Source: an uncultured Acidobacteriota bacterium (GTDB lineage: Bacteria; Acidobacteriota; JAQAZP01). Taken from it: a stretch of DNA of 64,000 nt. The stretch covers positions 1,888,001-1,952,000 of the forward strand of contig CAWIIB010000009.1 of assembly GCA_963836075.1 (NCBI GenBank). Direction: 5' to 3'. The translations under genes and the position numbers were made by a program. Shown here piece after piece: positions 40,856 to 50,760 of this stretch. The notes beneath the pieces are model-generated. The model had not been told where the DNA came from. It made no database searches and was given only the letters and a program-made list of their open reading frames with translations. Within the stretch, counting starts at the first letter, position 1. Every line of letters begins with the position of its first letter.

Positions 40856-40964
40856 GGTACCGCCGGTCTCGAAGAAGCCGGCGTGACCATCATCCAGGGC
40901 CTGGTCAAGGTGGTGGCCATGATGTTCCAGGCCTTGTCCGAGGACATCGTGCGCACCTGCCACG
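40856..40964 (+). pseudogene. Decayed lpdA fragments
   Basis: GTAGLEEAGV / GLVKVVA / [13 protein letters not shown], with nucleotide match to 25998 and 26439-26493. Confidence 0.8.
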
Positions 40965-41199
40965 TGCCCCCGCCCCGGCCGTCACGGATCCGCTTCTGAC
41001 TGCCGCCACTCCATTCTTGCCGGCGATCAAGGCCCGATCCAATTATATCGATAAGAAATGCGAGCGGCGGCGGCCTCGCCACGCCCTTTGTACGGCGGGC
41101 CGCAAGGGCGTGAATGTTTGTCTGCTAAACAGTGGTCTTTCCTTGTTGTCGGCAGCGTCGTCTGCAGTGGGATGTGAACCTGCTTTGAACGAGACCGGT

Positions 41200-43200
41200 G
41201 TGGAGACAGAGACTGAAGGGGAGGAGGCTTCGAGTAGCCGGTTCTCCACGTTGAAATCCCTGGTGGGCCTCGGATCCGAGACCGAACACCAGCAGGCGGT
41301 GCTGCGCCTGGTGGTTGGTTTCTTTTTCTTCTGCTATCTGCTCTACATCACCCTGTCGGACGGTGCCCTTCTGGGCAACGATCTGATTACCCTGATCGGG
41401 GGAGGGATCTTCTTTGTTTGCGCCTTTGGTATCATCACCTGGCTTGTTCTTTCGCCGGAGGTGTCGGTGCCGAGACGGCTGGCGGGAATCGTTGTCGACA
41501 ACGGTGCGGCGACAGCCGTCCTCTACTTTCTCGGGGAACTGGGGGCACCGCTTTTCATTGTCTATCTCTGGGTAAGTTTCGGCAATGGTTTCCGGTTTGG
41601 CGAGAAGTATCTGGCCTTCTCCGCGGGCTGTGCCGTGTTGGGTTTCTCCTTTGCCGCACTTGCCAGCCCGTCTTACAGTCTCGGGCCCTACGTGACCTTT
41701 GGCATCCTCGTCGGTCTCATTGTCCTTCCCTTCTATGTGGCGGTGCTTCTCCGTCAGCTGCGGCGCACCCTCGAACTGGCCCGGAGTGCCAGCCGGGCCA
41801 AGTCCAATTTTCTGGCGACGATGAGTCATGAGATAAGAACGCCACTGAACGGGGTGGTGGGCATCTCGGAAATGTTGTCCAGGACCAGTCTGGATAACAG
41901 GCAACGCCACTATGTGGAGATGATCGGACGAAGCAGCGAGTGGCTGATGAGGGTCATCTCAGATGGGTTGGACTTTTCAAAAATCGAAGCCGGCGAGTTC
42001 CTCCTGGTCAACGAACCGTTCGGGCTCAAGGAGGTCCTGGAGGATTTAGGCAGCCTCTATCAGGGGGTGGAAGGCGATAGCGATGTGGAGTTAGTCGTGG
42101 AACTGGATCCCGACCTTCCGGAGCAGGTGGTTGGCGATCAACTGCGGCTGACCCAGGTTGTCGGGAATCTGCTCACCAACAGTTTCAAGTTCACCGAGAG
42201 GGGGGTGGTCCGCCTGGCAGTCAAAGTGACGAGTCGATCGCCCCGCGGGGTCAGGGTTCTGTGCAGTGTCGAAGATACGGGGCCGGGGATTGACCCGGAA
42301 AAGCAGGCCCTGGTCTTTGAGCCCTTCCGCCAGGAAGAGTCGGGAACGGTGAAGAGATACGGAGGGACCGGCCTGGGGCTCACCATCGCCGACCGGATTG
42401 TCCGCCTGATGGGGGGCGAACTGACCCTGGAGAGCGAGGTCGGGGTGGGGAGCTGTTTTCGCTTTGAGGTGGAGTTCGAGCTTCCGGACCCGGACGAGAC
42501 CGACCTCGCCGTCCATATCGAACAGCCCTCCGCTGCGGTCTGGCAGCGTCCACCCAGGATACTGCTGGTTGAGGATCATGAAATAAACCAGGAGGTTGTC
42601 GTCCACCAGTTGGAGATGATGGGCTGTGAGGTGGTCCTGGCCTCCAACGGCCAGGAAGCGGTGGAGAAGGCAATGGCCGGTGGGATTGATGCGGTGTTGA
42701 TGGACTGTCAGATGCCCGTGCTGGACGGCTACGAGGCAACGAAAGCGATTCGCCAGGCTGAGCAGCCGCTGCAGGACGGAAAGAGCCTGCCGATAATCGC
42801 CCTCACCGCACACGTCACCCTCGACGACAGAAAGCGTTGTCTGGCCTGCGGCATGGATGACTATCTGGGGAAACCGTTCAGGACCCGGGACCTTTGGATC
42901 AAGCTTGTCAGGTGGCTGCCTTTCCTGCTCCGGGACGCGGCCGCCTCCCCCGCCCTGGCGGATCAGGACCCGGCGGCAGTGGAGGAACCCGCCATTCCTG
43001 TCGCCGAACATGACGATCTTTCGAAGCGCAAGCTTCTTCACGATCTGAATAACATGCTCTTCAGTATCCAGGGCAGCGCCGAGCTCTACCTGGCGGCGCA
43101 ACAGAAGGATGCTGAGAGACAGCACGTCGAAATCATCTACAAGGCCGTGCGGAAGGCCAATTCACTGGTCGCACGCCTGGAAGAGGAACGGACAGAGTGA
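41200..43200 (+). CDS. Membrane hybrid histidine kinase (RpfC-like input) with REC and an extra C-terminal HisKA-like domain
   Basis: EHQQAVLR, LWVSFGNGFRFG, FLATMSHEIRTPLNG, GGTGLGL, LMDCQMP, LLHDLNN. Start uncertain (41110 or 41200). Confidence 0.85.
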   Translation: METETEGEEASSSRFSTLKSLVGLGSETEHQQAVLRLVVGFFFFCYLLYITLSDGALLGNDLITLIGGGIFFVCAFGIITWLVLSPEVSVPRRLAGIVVDNGAATAVLYFLGELGAPLFIVYLWVSFGNGFRFGEKYLAFSAGCAVLGFSFAALASPSYSLGPYVTFGILVGLIVLPFYVAVLLRQLRRTLELARSASRAKSNFLATMSHEIRTPLNGVVGISEMLSRTSLDNRQRHYVEMIGRSSEWLMRVISDGLDFSKIEAGEFLLVNEPFGLKEVLEDLGSLYQGVEGDSDVELVVELDPDLPEQVVGDQLRLTQVVGNLLTNSFKFTERGVVRLAVKVTSRSPRGVRVLCSVEDTGPGIDPEKQALVFEPFRQEESGTVKRYGGTGLGLTIADRIVRLMGGELTLESEVGVGSCFRFEVEFELPDPDETDLAVHIEQPSAAVWQRPPRILLVEDHEINQEVVVHQLEMMGCEVVLASNGQEAVEKAMAGGIDAVLMDCQMPVLDGYEATKAIRQAEQPLQDGKSLPIIALTAHVTLDDRKRCLACGMDDYLGKPFRTRDLWIKLVRWLPFLLRDAAASPALADQDPAAVEEPAIPVAEHDDLSKRKLLHDLNNMLFSIQGSAELYLAAQQKDAERQHVEIIYKAVRKANSLVARLEEERTE

Positions 43201-43267
43201 AGGTGGCCATGGACCGGTAATTCATAGAACAGGCGATGGAAATAGCATAACCGTGAACAAGTATTCG

Positions 43268-43587
43268 ATGAGCAGGTTTTCGCTGAAGTTCAGCGATCCG
43301 GAGACGGAAATGCTCTACATGGAGCATATCTTCCACCGGAAGATCTGGTATTGCCGCATCGCCTGGGGGCTGGTGATCGTCCTGGGGGGCCTGTTTGCCC
43401 TGTTGGACCGGCAGGTGTTCGGGGAGCGAGCGGAACTGGTTCTCCTGGTTTGATTAAGCCTTATTTCGCTGGCGGCGCTGGTCCTGGCTTATACCTTCAG
43501 TCCCCGGGCGAAGCGGTTTTTCGAATGCAGTTCGTGTTTCTTTGTTCTGGGCGTCGGGACTTTTTTGTACCTTCCTGACGGTGATGA
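43268..43587 (+). pseudogene. Truncated membrane sensor/cyclase-like gene with an in-frame stop
   Basis: MSRFSLKFSDPETEMLY followed by TM helices. TGA at 43451-43453, hydrophobic frame continues, then cut. Confidence 0.55.
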
Positions 43588-43756
43588 GCGGCGCGGCCAG
43601 GCCCCCGCCCTTCCCGTGGATGCGCTGCAGGTCACTGAGCGTGTCCTCCAGGTTGCGCGCCGTCTTTTGGACTTCCGGGGACTGGAATTCCGTGACCTCG
43701 ATACTGGTCTCACGCAACAGCGGATTGCCGAACTGCAGGACGTTGCGTTTCGCCAT
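43588..43756 (-). pseudogene. def: Peptide deformylase N-terminal remnant
   Basis: VLQFGNPLLRETSIEV...GGGLAAP, truncated before QIG; no EGCLS or HExDH. Confidence 0.8.
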
Positions 43757-43758
43757 GG

Positions 43759-45069
43759 TTAGCGTCCGTTTTCCTGCTGCAGCGACTGCGCCACCTTTTC
43801 CACCGCCCGCCAGGTGCGGAGGAGGTTCCCGCCCCAGATCTTGCGGATGTCCTTGTCCGAATAGCCGCGCCGGACCAGTTCGACGGTGACGTTGAGGGCC
43901 TGGCTGTGGTCGGCGAAGCCGATGAACCCGCCGCCGCCGTCAAAGTCGGTGCCGATACCCACGTGGTCGATGCCGGCCACCTGCACCGCGTGGTCGATGT
44001 GGTCCACGTAGGTCTCGATGGTGGCAATGGGGTGGGCCTCGGCGATCTGCCGGCGCCGGCCCCAGTACTCATCCAGCTTCGGGCGCAGCACTGCGCGCTG
44101 TTCTTCGGTCAGCAGGCGGTACTCGTCCCAGGTGGGGATCCCCATCTCCTGGCGCAGCTTGTTCATCGCCGCCTCCCGCTCCGGCGATTCCGGCCCCAGG
44201 TATTGCTCGAGGGTCACGACCTGGATCACGCCGCCGTTTTTTGCCAGGGCCTTCAACTGGTTGTCGGTCAGGTTGCGGTCATGGGCGTGGACGGCGCTGC
44301 ACCCCGAGTGCGAGGCGATGATCGGTGCCCGGGACGTTGCGATCAGGTCAAAAAAGGCCTTCTCCGAAATGTGTGATGCGTCACACATGATGCCCAGACG
44401 GTTCATCCGGGCCACCACTTTTTTCCCGAAGGCGGAGATCCCGTCATGCAGCGGCTTCTCCGGGCTGGACGAATCGCAGATCTGGTTGTGGCCGGTGTGG
44501 CAGAGCGTGATATATCGTGCCCCCAGCTCGTGACAGCGGCTGAGATACTCCAGGTTCTCGCCGATGGGGAACCCATTCTCCACGCCGATGATCACGGCTT
44601 TTTTGCCCCCGGCCACAATCCGCTCCACGTCGGCGGGCGTGCGGGCCAGGGCGCAGCGATCGGGATACTGCTTCTCCACCACCCGCTGGATCGCGACGAA
44701 CTGCGCCTTGGCCTTTTCCCGGGCCCTGGAGTATGTCTCCTCGTTCAACTCCTTCGCCTGGCTGGTGAAGACGGCCAGAAAGACCGCGTCCATCCCCCCC
44801 TGCTCCATCTTCACCAGGTCGCAACGCAGCTTGGGGTTGTCGATGCCCGGGTCCAGCTCGCCGGTGCCGTATTGCTCACCGGGAATATCCACGTGGGAAT
44901 CGATGGTCAGGGCCAGCTCATGGACGGCCATTGCCCGGTCGAGGAGTTGCTCCTCTTTGGTCCGGGGGGCTGATTCATCGGCCCGGGACATCACAGTGAT
45001 GGCCATCAGAGCCGCGAGCAGACCACAGGCGATACAGAGTGCGGTCGTCGATTTCTTTTCAGTCCTCAT
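43759..45069 (-). CDS. Membrane dipeptidase (peptidase M19)
   Basis: IDSHVD, GVENG, YITLCH, DASH, ASHS, HVGIGTDFDGGG, GGNLLR. Confidence 0.93.
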   Translation of the reverse strand: MRTEKKSTTALCIACGLLAALMAITVMSRADESAPRTKEEQLLDRAMAVHELALTIDSHVDIPGEQYGTGELDPGIDNPKLRCDLVKMEQGGMDAVFLAVFTSQAKELNEETYSRAREKAKAQFVAIQRVVEKQYPDRCALARTPADVERIVAGGKKAVIIGVENGFPIGENLEYLSRCHELGARYITLCHTGHNQICDSSSPEKPLHDGISAFGKKVVARMNRLGIMCDASHISEKAFFDLIATSRAPIIASHSGCSAVHAHDRNLTDNQLKALAKNGGVIQVVTLEQYLGPESPEREAAMNKLRQEMGIPTWDEYRLLTEEQRAVLRPKLDEYWGRRRQIAEAHPIATIETYVDHIDHAVQVAGIDHVGIGTDFDGGGGFIGFADHSQALNVTVELVRRGYSDKDIRKIWGGNLLRTWRAVEKVAQSLQQENGR

Positions 45070-45395
45070 GTGATATCTCCTGACAACTGCAGATGAGCGC
45101 GCCGTTCGGGCGGTTCATGCCCCGCCTGCCGGCTCCGGCAGGGGAATGACCCGCAGGAATTGCATCCGGATCGTTGCGGTGGCTCACGTTTGTTCGGGGA
45201 TGTATATCTCCCGGGTCCGTCACGGGAGGGTGTGTGAAAAGAGTGTACCCCGCCGACTGCGGTCTGGCAACACTCTCCCCCCCGGTTCCTTGACTGGACG
45301 GCAGCAATTCCCTACTCTTTTACCTGGTGGTGTTGCGATGTATTGTGTGAACCGGGCACACGGGTGATGACAGTGGACCAGGGGAGGATCAACTG

Positions 45396-46226
45396 ATGAG
45401 TGAGGCGAAGGAGCGGATTTCTTCGGCCATTGACCGGGCCAGAGCCGATCTCGAGCTGGCCTTGCATGATCTGGAGAAGCTGCCGGTGGTCAGCAAGGAT
45501 GCCGTGGGTTTCGCATCACACGCCCTGAACAACTACATCACCGTCACCGGGGGGGCGGTGGAACTGCTGGGAATGATGCTGGCGGATCACCCCAATCCCG
45601 AAGTTGCCCGGCTGCTCGGCGCCATGCGGCGTTCCACCGACCTGATGACGTGCACGGTCGCTCAAATGAGGAGCGATTCGGCGGGGTGGGACAGCACTGT
45701 CATCCTCGACAAGGTCAATCTGGGGGTCATGACCAGGCGTTTTACCGAGTTTTATCAAGCGCTGGCGGATCGGAAGCAGATCAGCTGTATCTTCGAGCCC
45801 GCTGAGCAAGAGGCGCTGGTCTGGACGGACCATGTGATGACCGCCGTGGTCCTCGACAACCTGCTGTCCAACGCGGTGAAGTTTTCACCGGCGGGCAGTT
45901 GTGTCCGGATCAGTTTGTCGGTGGAGCAGGAATGGGTTTCCTGCAAGATTCGTGACGAGGGGCCGGGGATTGGCCCGGAAGACCAGGCGAAGTTGTTCCA
46001 GCGTGGGGGTCGTCTGACACCGCAACCCACGGGAGGAGAGTCGTCCACGGGATACGGCCTGGCGGTGGCCAAAGAGTTCATCGACAAGCTGGGCGGGACG
46101 ATCTGGTGTGAGAGCCGTCCGGGTGAAGGGTCGTGCTTCGCCTTCCGCCTGACCCGCTACCAGGAGCAGATCCACGGACCGGGGCGCAGTGAGCCATGGC
46201 CCTCCGCGGAGAATACGACCCGCTAA
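45396..46226 (+). CDS. Cytoplasmic histidine kinase (HisKA and HATPase, no sensor domain)
   Basis: SHALNN, NLLSNAVKF, DEGPGI, GYGLAV. Confidence 0.88.
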   Translation: MSEAKERISSAIDRARADLELALHDLEKLPVVSKDAVGFASHALNNYITVTGGAVELLGMMLADHPNPEVARLLGAMRRSTDLMTCTVAQMRSDSAGWDSTVILDKVNLGVMTRRFTEFYQALADRKQISCIFEPAEQEALVWTDHVMTAVVLDNLLSNAVKFSPAGSCVRISLSVEQEWVSCKIRDEGPGIGPEDQAKLFQRGGRLTPQPTGGESSTGYGLAVAKEFIDKLGGTIWCESRPGEGSCFAFRLTRYQEQIHGPGRSEPWPSAENTTR

Positions 46227-46228
46227 GT

Positions 46229-47512
46229 TCAGGCGTCCAGCAGCAGATGACTGCTCACGGTGCCCTCGAGACAGGTAGCGCAGGGTGCCCCAACCTTTTT
46301 TCGCCCACCAGGCCGGGCGAGGGTCCGGGCCATGGACAATCGCCGGGGAGACCAGTAGAGGTCGCGAAGCGGTCTTTCGAACGCATTGCCCAGATTCAGC
46401 TCCCCCTGGTCGTCGCCGCAGCACATCCCGAAGTCCCCGTCGTATCGAATCATCAAAAAGTGGTAGGGCTGCGGGCACGGGAAATCGAGGTAGACCGGAT
46501 CGGCCAGGCTCCTGTCCACACTGTCTGAGGCGTTGGCGCGGATGGTGCAGTTCCACTGCGGCACGCTGAAGCGAACCGTCGTTTTCCTGAAGCGGCTCTT
46601 CCACCTCGCAATCTCATCGTTCAGTTCATCGGCGCTCTGGGCATCGTAGAGACCGATATTCAGCCCATCCACCACGCCGTCCAACCTGCGGCACAGATCG
46701 GGGCTCTTTGCCAGAACCGCGCCGTTGGTGTCCTCCCATTGGGCCATCCCGCTGTTCTCTCTCACATAGCGGGTGAATTTCTCGTAGCGCCCGTCGAGAA
46801 AGGCTTCCGACAACCGGTGCTTTTTAAGGGTGCCCCGGTAGCCCAGTTCGGCCAGCTGGTCGATCAGGGAATAGAACTGCCTGTCCGGCATCCGCTGGTC
46901 CACATGCCGGCCTTTTGGATCCTTGCGGACCCCGCTGCGGTCTTTGAACCGCGGGCACCAGGTGCAGTTCAGGTTGCAGTTGGACTGGATCTCCAGCTCG
47001 GCACTGCGCCACATGGGAAAGGTGCTGCGGGTCCGTGTCACCGTCCGGTAGCCGTCGCGCAGGAACTCGAGATGCCTGCCGCTCCGGGTCATGGCATGGA
47101 GCAGTGACTGCAACGGCGGCATCCGGCGGCCGAGCGGCCGCACCTCCGCCAGGTAGATGGCGCTGATTTCCGAACGCTGCAGCAGGCGGAAGCGCCACTC
47201 CGCGGGGAGTTCGTCGCCTGCGGCGGTCACCAACTGTTCGACCAGCGGGCCTCCGGAGGCGAAGGCGCGGAACAGGCTGACCAGGCAGAGACGCAGGCAA
47301 TCCCGGAGAGGGAAGAGGCGTCCGATATGGTGCCCGGCCAGGGCCTGACGGTCCGTGCCAAGCATCTCCGACATGGTCTGGTCCAGATCGAGAATCGTCA
47401 TCTGATCGAGAAGAATCCGCCCCCTGTCCGGGGATTTCTCCCGCAGCAGGGACTGATACCTCTGGATGGTCTGCTGGCGAGGTTCAACGGGTGTGACCGG
47501 AAGTGGTTTCAT
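46229..47512 (-). CDS. Radical SAM/SPASM protein with N-terminal PAS-like domain
   Basis: CNLNCTWC, CPQP...GMCCGD...GNAF...CATC. N-terminal ILDLDQTMSEMLGTDRQALAGHHIGRLFP. Confidence 0.75.
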   Translation of the reverse strand: MKPLPVTPVEPRQQTIQRYQSLLREKSPDRGRILLDQMTILDLDQTMSEMLGTDRQALAGHHIGRLFPLRDCLRLCLVSLFRAFASGGPLVEQLVTAAGDELPAEWRFRLLQRSEISAIYLAEVRPLGRRMPPLQSLLHAMTRSGRHLEFLRDGYRTVTRTRSTFPMWRSAELEIQSNCNLNCTWCPRFKDRSGVRKDPKGRHVDQRMPDRQFYSLIDQLAELGYRGTLKKHRLSEAFLDGRYEKFTRYVRENSGMAQWEDTNGAVLAKSPDLCRRLDGVVDGLNIGLYDAQSADELNDEIARWKSRFRKTTVRFSVPQWNCTIRANASDSVDRSLADPVYLDFPCPQPYHFLMIRYDGDFGMCCGDDQGELNLGNAFERPLRDLYWSPRRLSMARTLARPGGRKKVGAPCATCLEGTVSSHLLLDA

Positions 47513-47714
47513 CGTGATGCCCTTGCATGCTGGTGGCGAAGCTCTCAAATCCCCGCATCGTCAACATTCTCGGGCCTCCAATTACAAAATGTCAAGGATA
47601 CGGATTGGCCTGGGTTCAAATTATTGATTTAAATAGGGAAAAATATCTTGAATTACTTTAGAGTTATTATTATATTGTCTGGAGCAGGGCTGATCGAAGC
47701 GGAGTCGGGACACC

Positions 47715-48826
47715 ATGAGCACTCACCAACTGCAGGGACTGAAGGGTATCGACCTGGTGATGGGGTATCCGTGCAATGTCCGCTGCGAATTCTGTCACCA
47801 GGCTGACTACTCACCCAAACGGGTTCTCCACCGGAGAATATGGAGCGAAGCGCTGCTTCCGGCCTATGAGGTCATCGGCGGTCTGAACATGCAGGGAGGT
47901 GAGCCCACGGGTACCTGAAGAGCTGCCGGGAACTGCTGCAACTGCTGCTGGACCGCTATCCCAATGTACGGCTGGCCCTGATGACCAACGGGTTGAAGTT
48001 CGAGGGGATCTTCGAAGAAGCCTATCTGGAGCGGGGCCGTTTCGTCAATTTCTCGCTCAACGCGGTGGACAAGGCGGTGTACGACAGGGTGATGGTCGGG
48101 TCGGACCACCAGCGTGTTTTCGCCAATCTCGAACGGTTCATCCAGCGCCGGGAAATATCCGGAAGCACGGTGGCCATCGGCGCCAGCCTGGTGATCACCC
48201 AGCTGAACCTCAATCAGATCGCGCCCTTCATCCGCTACTGCCGGGAAAAGGGGATCAGCGCACAGCTCACCACCGACTGTATCCTCAGCGTCGAGGTGGA
48301 ACCGATGCTGGCCCAGGCCGCCATCGCCGAGGGCTACGCCGCTTCTGAAGGGGCCCAAAATGGGGATGTGGTGGGTCTGAGCGAGTATGACTGGCTGCTG
48401 TCCATACGCCACCGGGTTCAGCCCCTGCGGGAACGGTTCACCGTGGAGGAGCGCAAACGGAGCACGGCCTGCCACGTGGCCTACGAGCGGCTCTTTGTGG
48501 ATTTCGAAGGCACTTGCCAGGTCTGTTGCCAGTCCTGGTACCCCGTGGGAAGCCTGAAGAAGCAGTCGCTGGCGGAGATCTGGAATGGTGATAGGATGAA
48601 CCGCTTCCGGGAGCGTCTGGAGAACAGCGACTACCGCGACTGCGGGCTCACCTGTATTTACAACCAGGCCCCGGCCAGTCCCCGCACCTCTCTGATGCGT
48701 AAGGTCGCCTTCAAAGCCACCCGCGATCCCTGGCTTTATCTCAAAAAGGCGCGTGCCAAACGGAAGACGAACGGTCGCTTCAGGAAACTGAGGGATCAGC
48801 AAAGAGCTGCCGGTGTCCTCAGCTGA
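47715..48826 (+). pseudogene. Radical SAM/SPASM protein with a frameshift near 47910
   Basis: CNVRCEFC...GGEPT in one frame, continuing YLKSCRELL...MTNG...CQVCC...SLAEIWNG in another. Confidence 0.8.
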
Positions 48827-48949
48827 CCCGACCGATCCTTCCCCTCGGCCGATTCCCCGCCTTGTTTCCCACGTCTCGCCGTCCGGCCAAAAACCATGTA
48901 CAATACACTCATCTGAAGCAATTTCCCCGACGGACCCGAATTGTGAGGG

Positions 48950-49921
48950 ATGAAGATGAACCGTTCGACTCTCCGCGTGTGTGTCGTTATCAGTCTCGTC
49001 TTGCTGGCCGCCGGTTGCGGAGAGGTGCCGCGTGGCCAGGGCAGTATTTCCGGACGGCAGGTCAGCGCGGTGGCCACCACCGGGATGATCGGCGACCTGG
49101 TGGCCAACATCGGCGGGGAACGGGTGCAGGTCACCACCCTGATGGGCCCCGGTGTCGATCCGCATCTCTACAAGGCCAGCGAAGGGGATGTGGGACGGCT
49201 CACTGGGGCGGACATCATCTTTTACAACGGCCTGCACCTCGAGGGGAAGATGGCCGAGGTGCTGGAGCGGTTGGGAGCCAGTGTCCCCACCATGGCGGTG
49301 GCCGAAGCGCTGGACGAGGAGCGCCTGCTCACGCCCTCGGAGTTCAGGGGGGCCCACGACCCCCACGTCTGGTTCGACGTGTCACAGTGGGCCGACATCG
49401 CCGCCGGAGTTCGCGACCGGCTGCTGGAACTGGATCCCGAGCACGCGCAGACATATCGGCAGAACGCTGCCGCCTACATCGAGCAACTGGAAGCGCTGCA
49501 CAGTGAGGTGCTGCGCAAGGCCGAGCTGATCCCGGCGGAACAGCGCATCCTGGTCACGGCCCACGATGCCTTCAACTATTTCGGGCGGGCCTACGGCTTC
49601 GAGGTGCGCGGCCTCCAGGGGATCAGCACCGCCACCGAGGCCGGCACCGCCGACGTGCAGGACCTGGTGGACTTTGTCGTGGAGAACCGGGTCCCGGCGC
49701 TGTTCATCGAGTCCTCGGTGCCGGTGCGCACCATCGAAGCGGTACGCAATGCTGTGCGGTCCAAGGGGTTTGACGTCTCCATCGGCGGCGAGCTGTTTTC
49801 GGATGCCATGGGAAGTCCCGGCAGTCCCGAGGGCAGCTACCTCGGGATGGTGAGCCACAATATCGACACCATCGTCAGTGCCTACGGGTTTGATCCCGTC
49901 GCCATCCCGGCAGCCCACTGA
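48950..49921 (+). CDS. mntA: Mn/Zn ABC transporter substrate-binding lipoprotein (TroA/MntA)
   Basis: LAAGC lipobox, [28 protein letters not shown]. Confidence 0.9.
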   Translation: MKMNRSTLRVCVVISLVLLAAGCGEVPRGQGSISGRQVSAVATTGMIGDLVANIGGERVQVTTLMGPGVDPHLYKASEGDVGRLTGADIIFYNGLHLEGKMAEVLERLGASVPTMAVAEALDEERLLTPSEFRGAHDPHVWFDVSQWADIAAGVRDRLLELDPEHAQTYRQNAAAYIEQLEALHSEVLRKAELIPAEQRILVTAHDAFNYFGRAYGFEVRGLQGISTATEAGTADVQDLVDFVVENRVPALFIESSVPVRTIEAVRNAVRSKGFDVSIGGELFSDAMGSPGSPEGSYLGMVSHNIDTIVSAYGFDPVAIPAAH

Positions 49922-49923
49922 CC

Positions 49924-50742
49924 GTGTCGTCGCAAGCAGGACGCAACGTGACCAAATCAGCGGCCATTGAAGTCAGCGACATCACCGTGGCCTACCGGGA
50001 GAAGCCGGTGCTCTGGGACATCGACCTGCTGGTCCCCCAGGGCGTGCTGATGTCCATTGTCGGCCCCAACGGCGCGGGCAAGACCACCCTGATCAAGGCC
50101 ATCCTCGGGCTGGTCCCCACGGCGGCGGGAAACGTCCGGATTTTTGGCCAGCCGTACGGCGAGGTGCGCAAGCGGGTGGGCTATGTCCCGCAGCGCGGCA
50201 GCGTTGACTGGGATTTCCCCACCACGGCGCTCGACGTGGTGATGATGGGGAGTTACGGCTCGCTGGGATGGGTGCGCCGCCCGGGACGCATCGAGAGGGA
50301 GGCCGCACTCAAGGCATTGGATCGGGTGGGCGTCCGTGAGCTGGCCGGCCGTCAGATCAGCCAGCTCTCCGGCGGGCAGCAGCAGCGCGTCTTTCTTGCC
50401 CGCGCCCTGATCCAGAATGCGGATCTCTACTTCATGGATGAGCCGTTCCAGGGGGTGGATGCCACCACCGAGCGGGCGATCATCGAGATCCTCAAGGAAT
50501 TCCGCGAGCAGGGTAAGACGGTGCTGGTGGTCCATCATGACCTCCAGACCGTGCCGGAGTATTTCGACTGGGTGATCCTGCTCAACGTGCGCCGGATCGC
50601 CAGCGGTTCGGTGAGCGATGTGTTCACCGAAGAAAACCTCCGCCTCGCCTTTGGCGGCAAGGTGGGATTCCTCTCCCCCCACGAAGCCGGCGGCACGGAC
50701 CAGCACATTATCGAACGGAAGGGCGCCGAAACAGCCGATTAG
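49924..50742 (+). CDS. mntB: Mn/Zn ABC transporter ATPase
   Basis: [25 protein letters not shown]. Confidence 0.92.
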   Translation: MSSQAGRNVTKSAAIEVSDITVAYREKPVLWDIDLLVPQGVLMSIVGPNGAGKTTLIKAILGLVPTAAGNVRIFGQPYGEVRKRVGYVPQRGSVDWDFPTTALDVVMMGSYGSLGWVRRPGRIEREAALKALDRVGVRELAGRQISQLSGGQQQRVFLARALIQNADLYFMDEPFQGVDATTERAIIEILKEFREQGKTVLVVHHDLQTVPEYFDWVILLNVRRIASGSVSDVFTEENLRLAFGGKVGFLSPHEAGGTDQHIIERKGAETAD

Positions 50743-50760
50743 AGGCAGCGTACCAGGCCT

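Noticed and set aside
40630-41200. N-terminal 160-190 aa of the 856-aa kinase ORF
   Set aside because: Overlaps the META gene and lpdA remnants; spurious upstream extension.
43451-43453. In-frame TGA as selenocysteine
   Set aside because: Lies in a transmembrane context best explained by CGA>TGA in a gene that is also truncated; no redox motif or evident SECIS.
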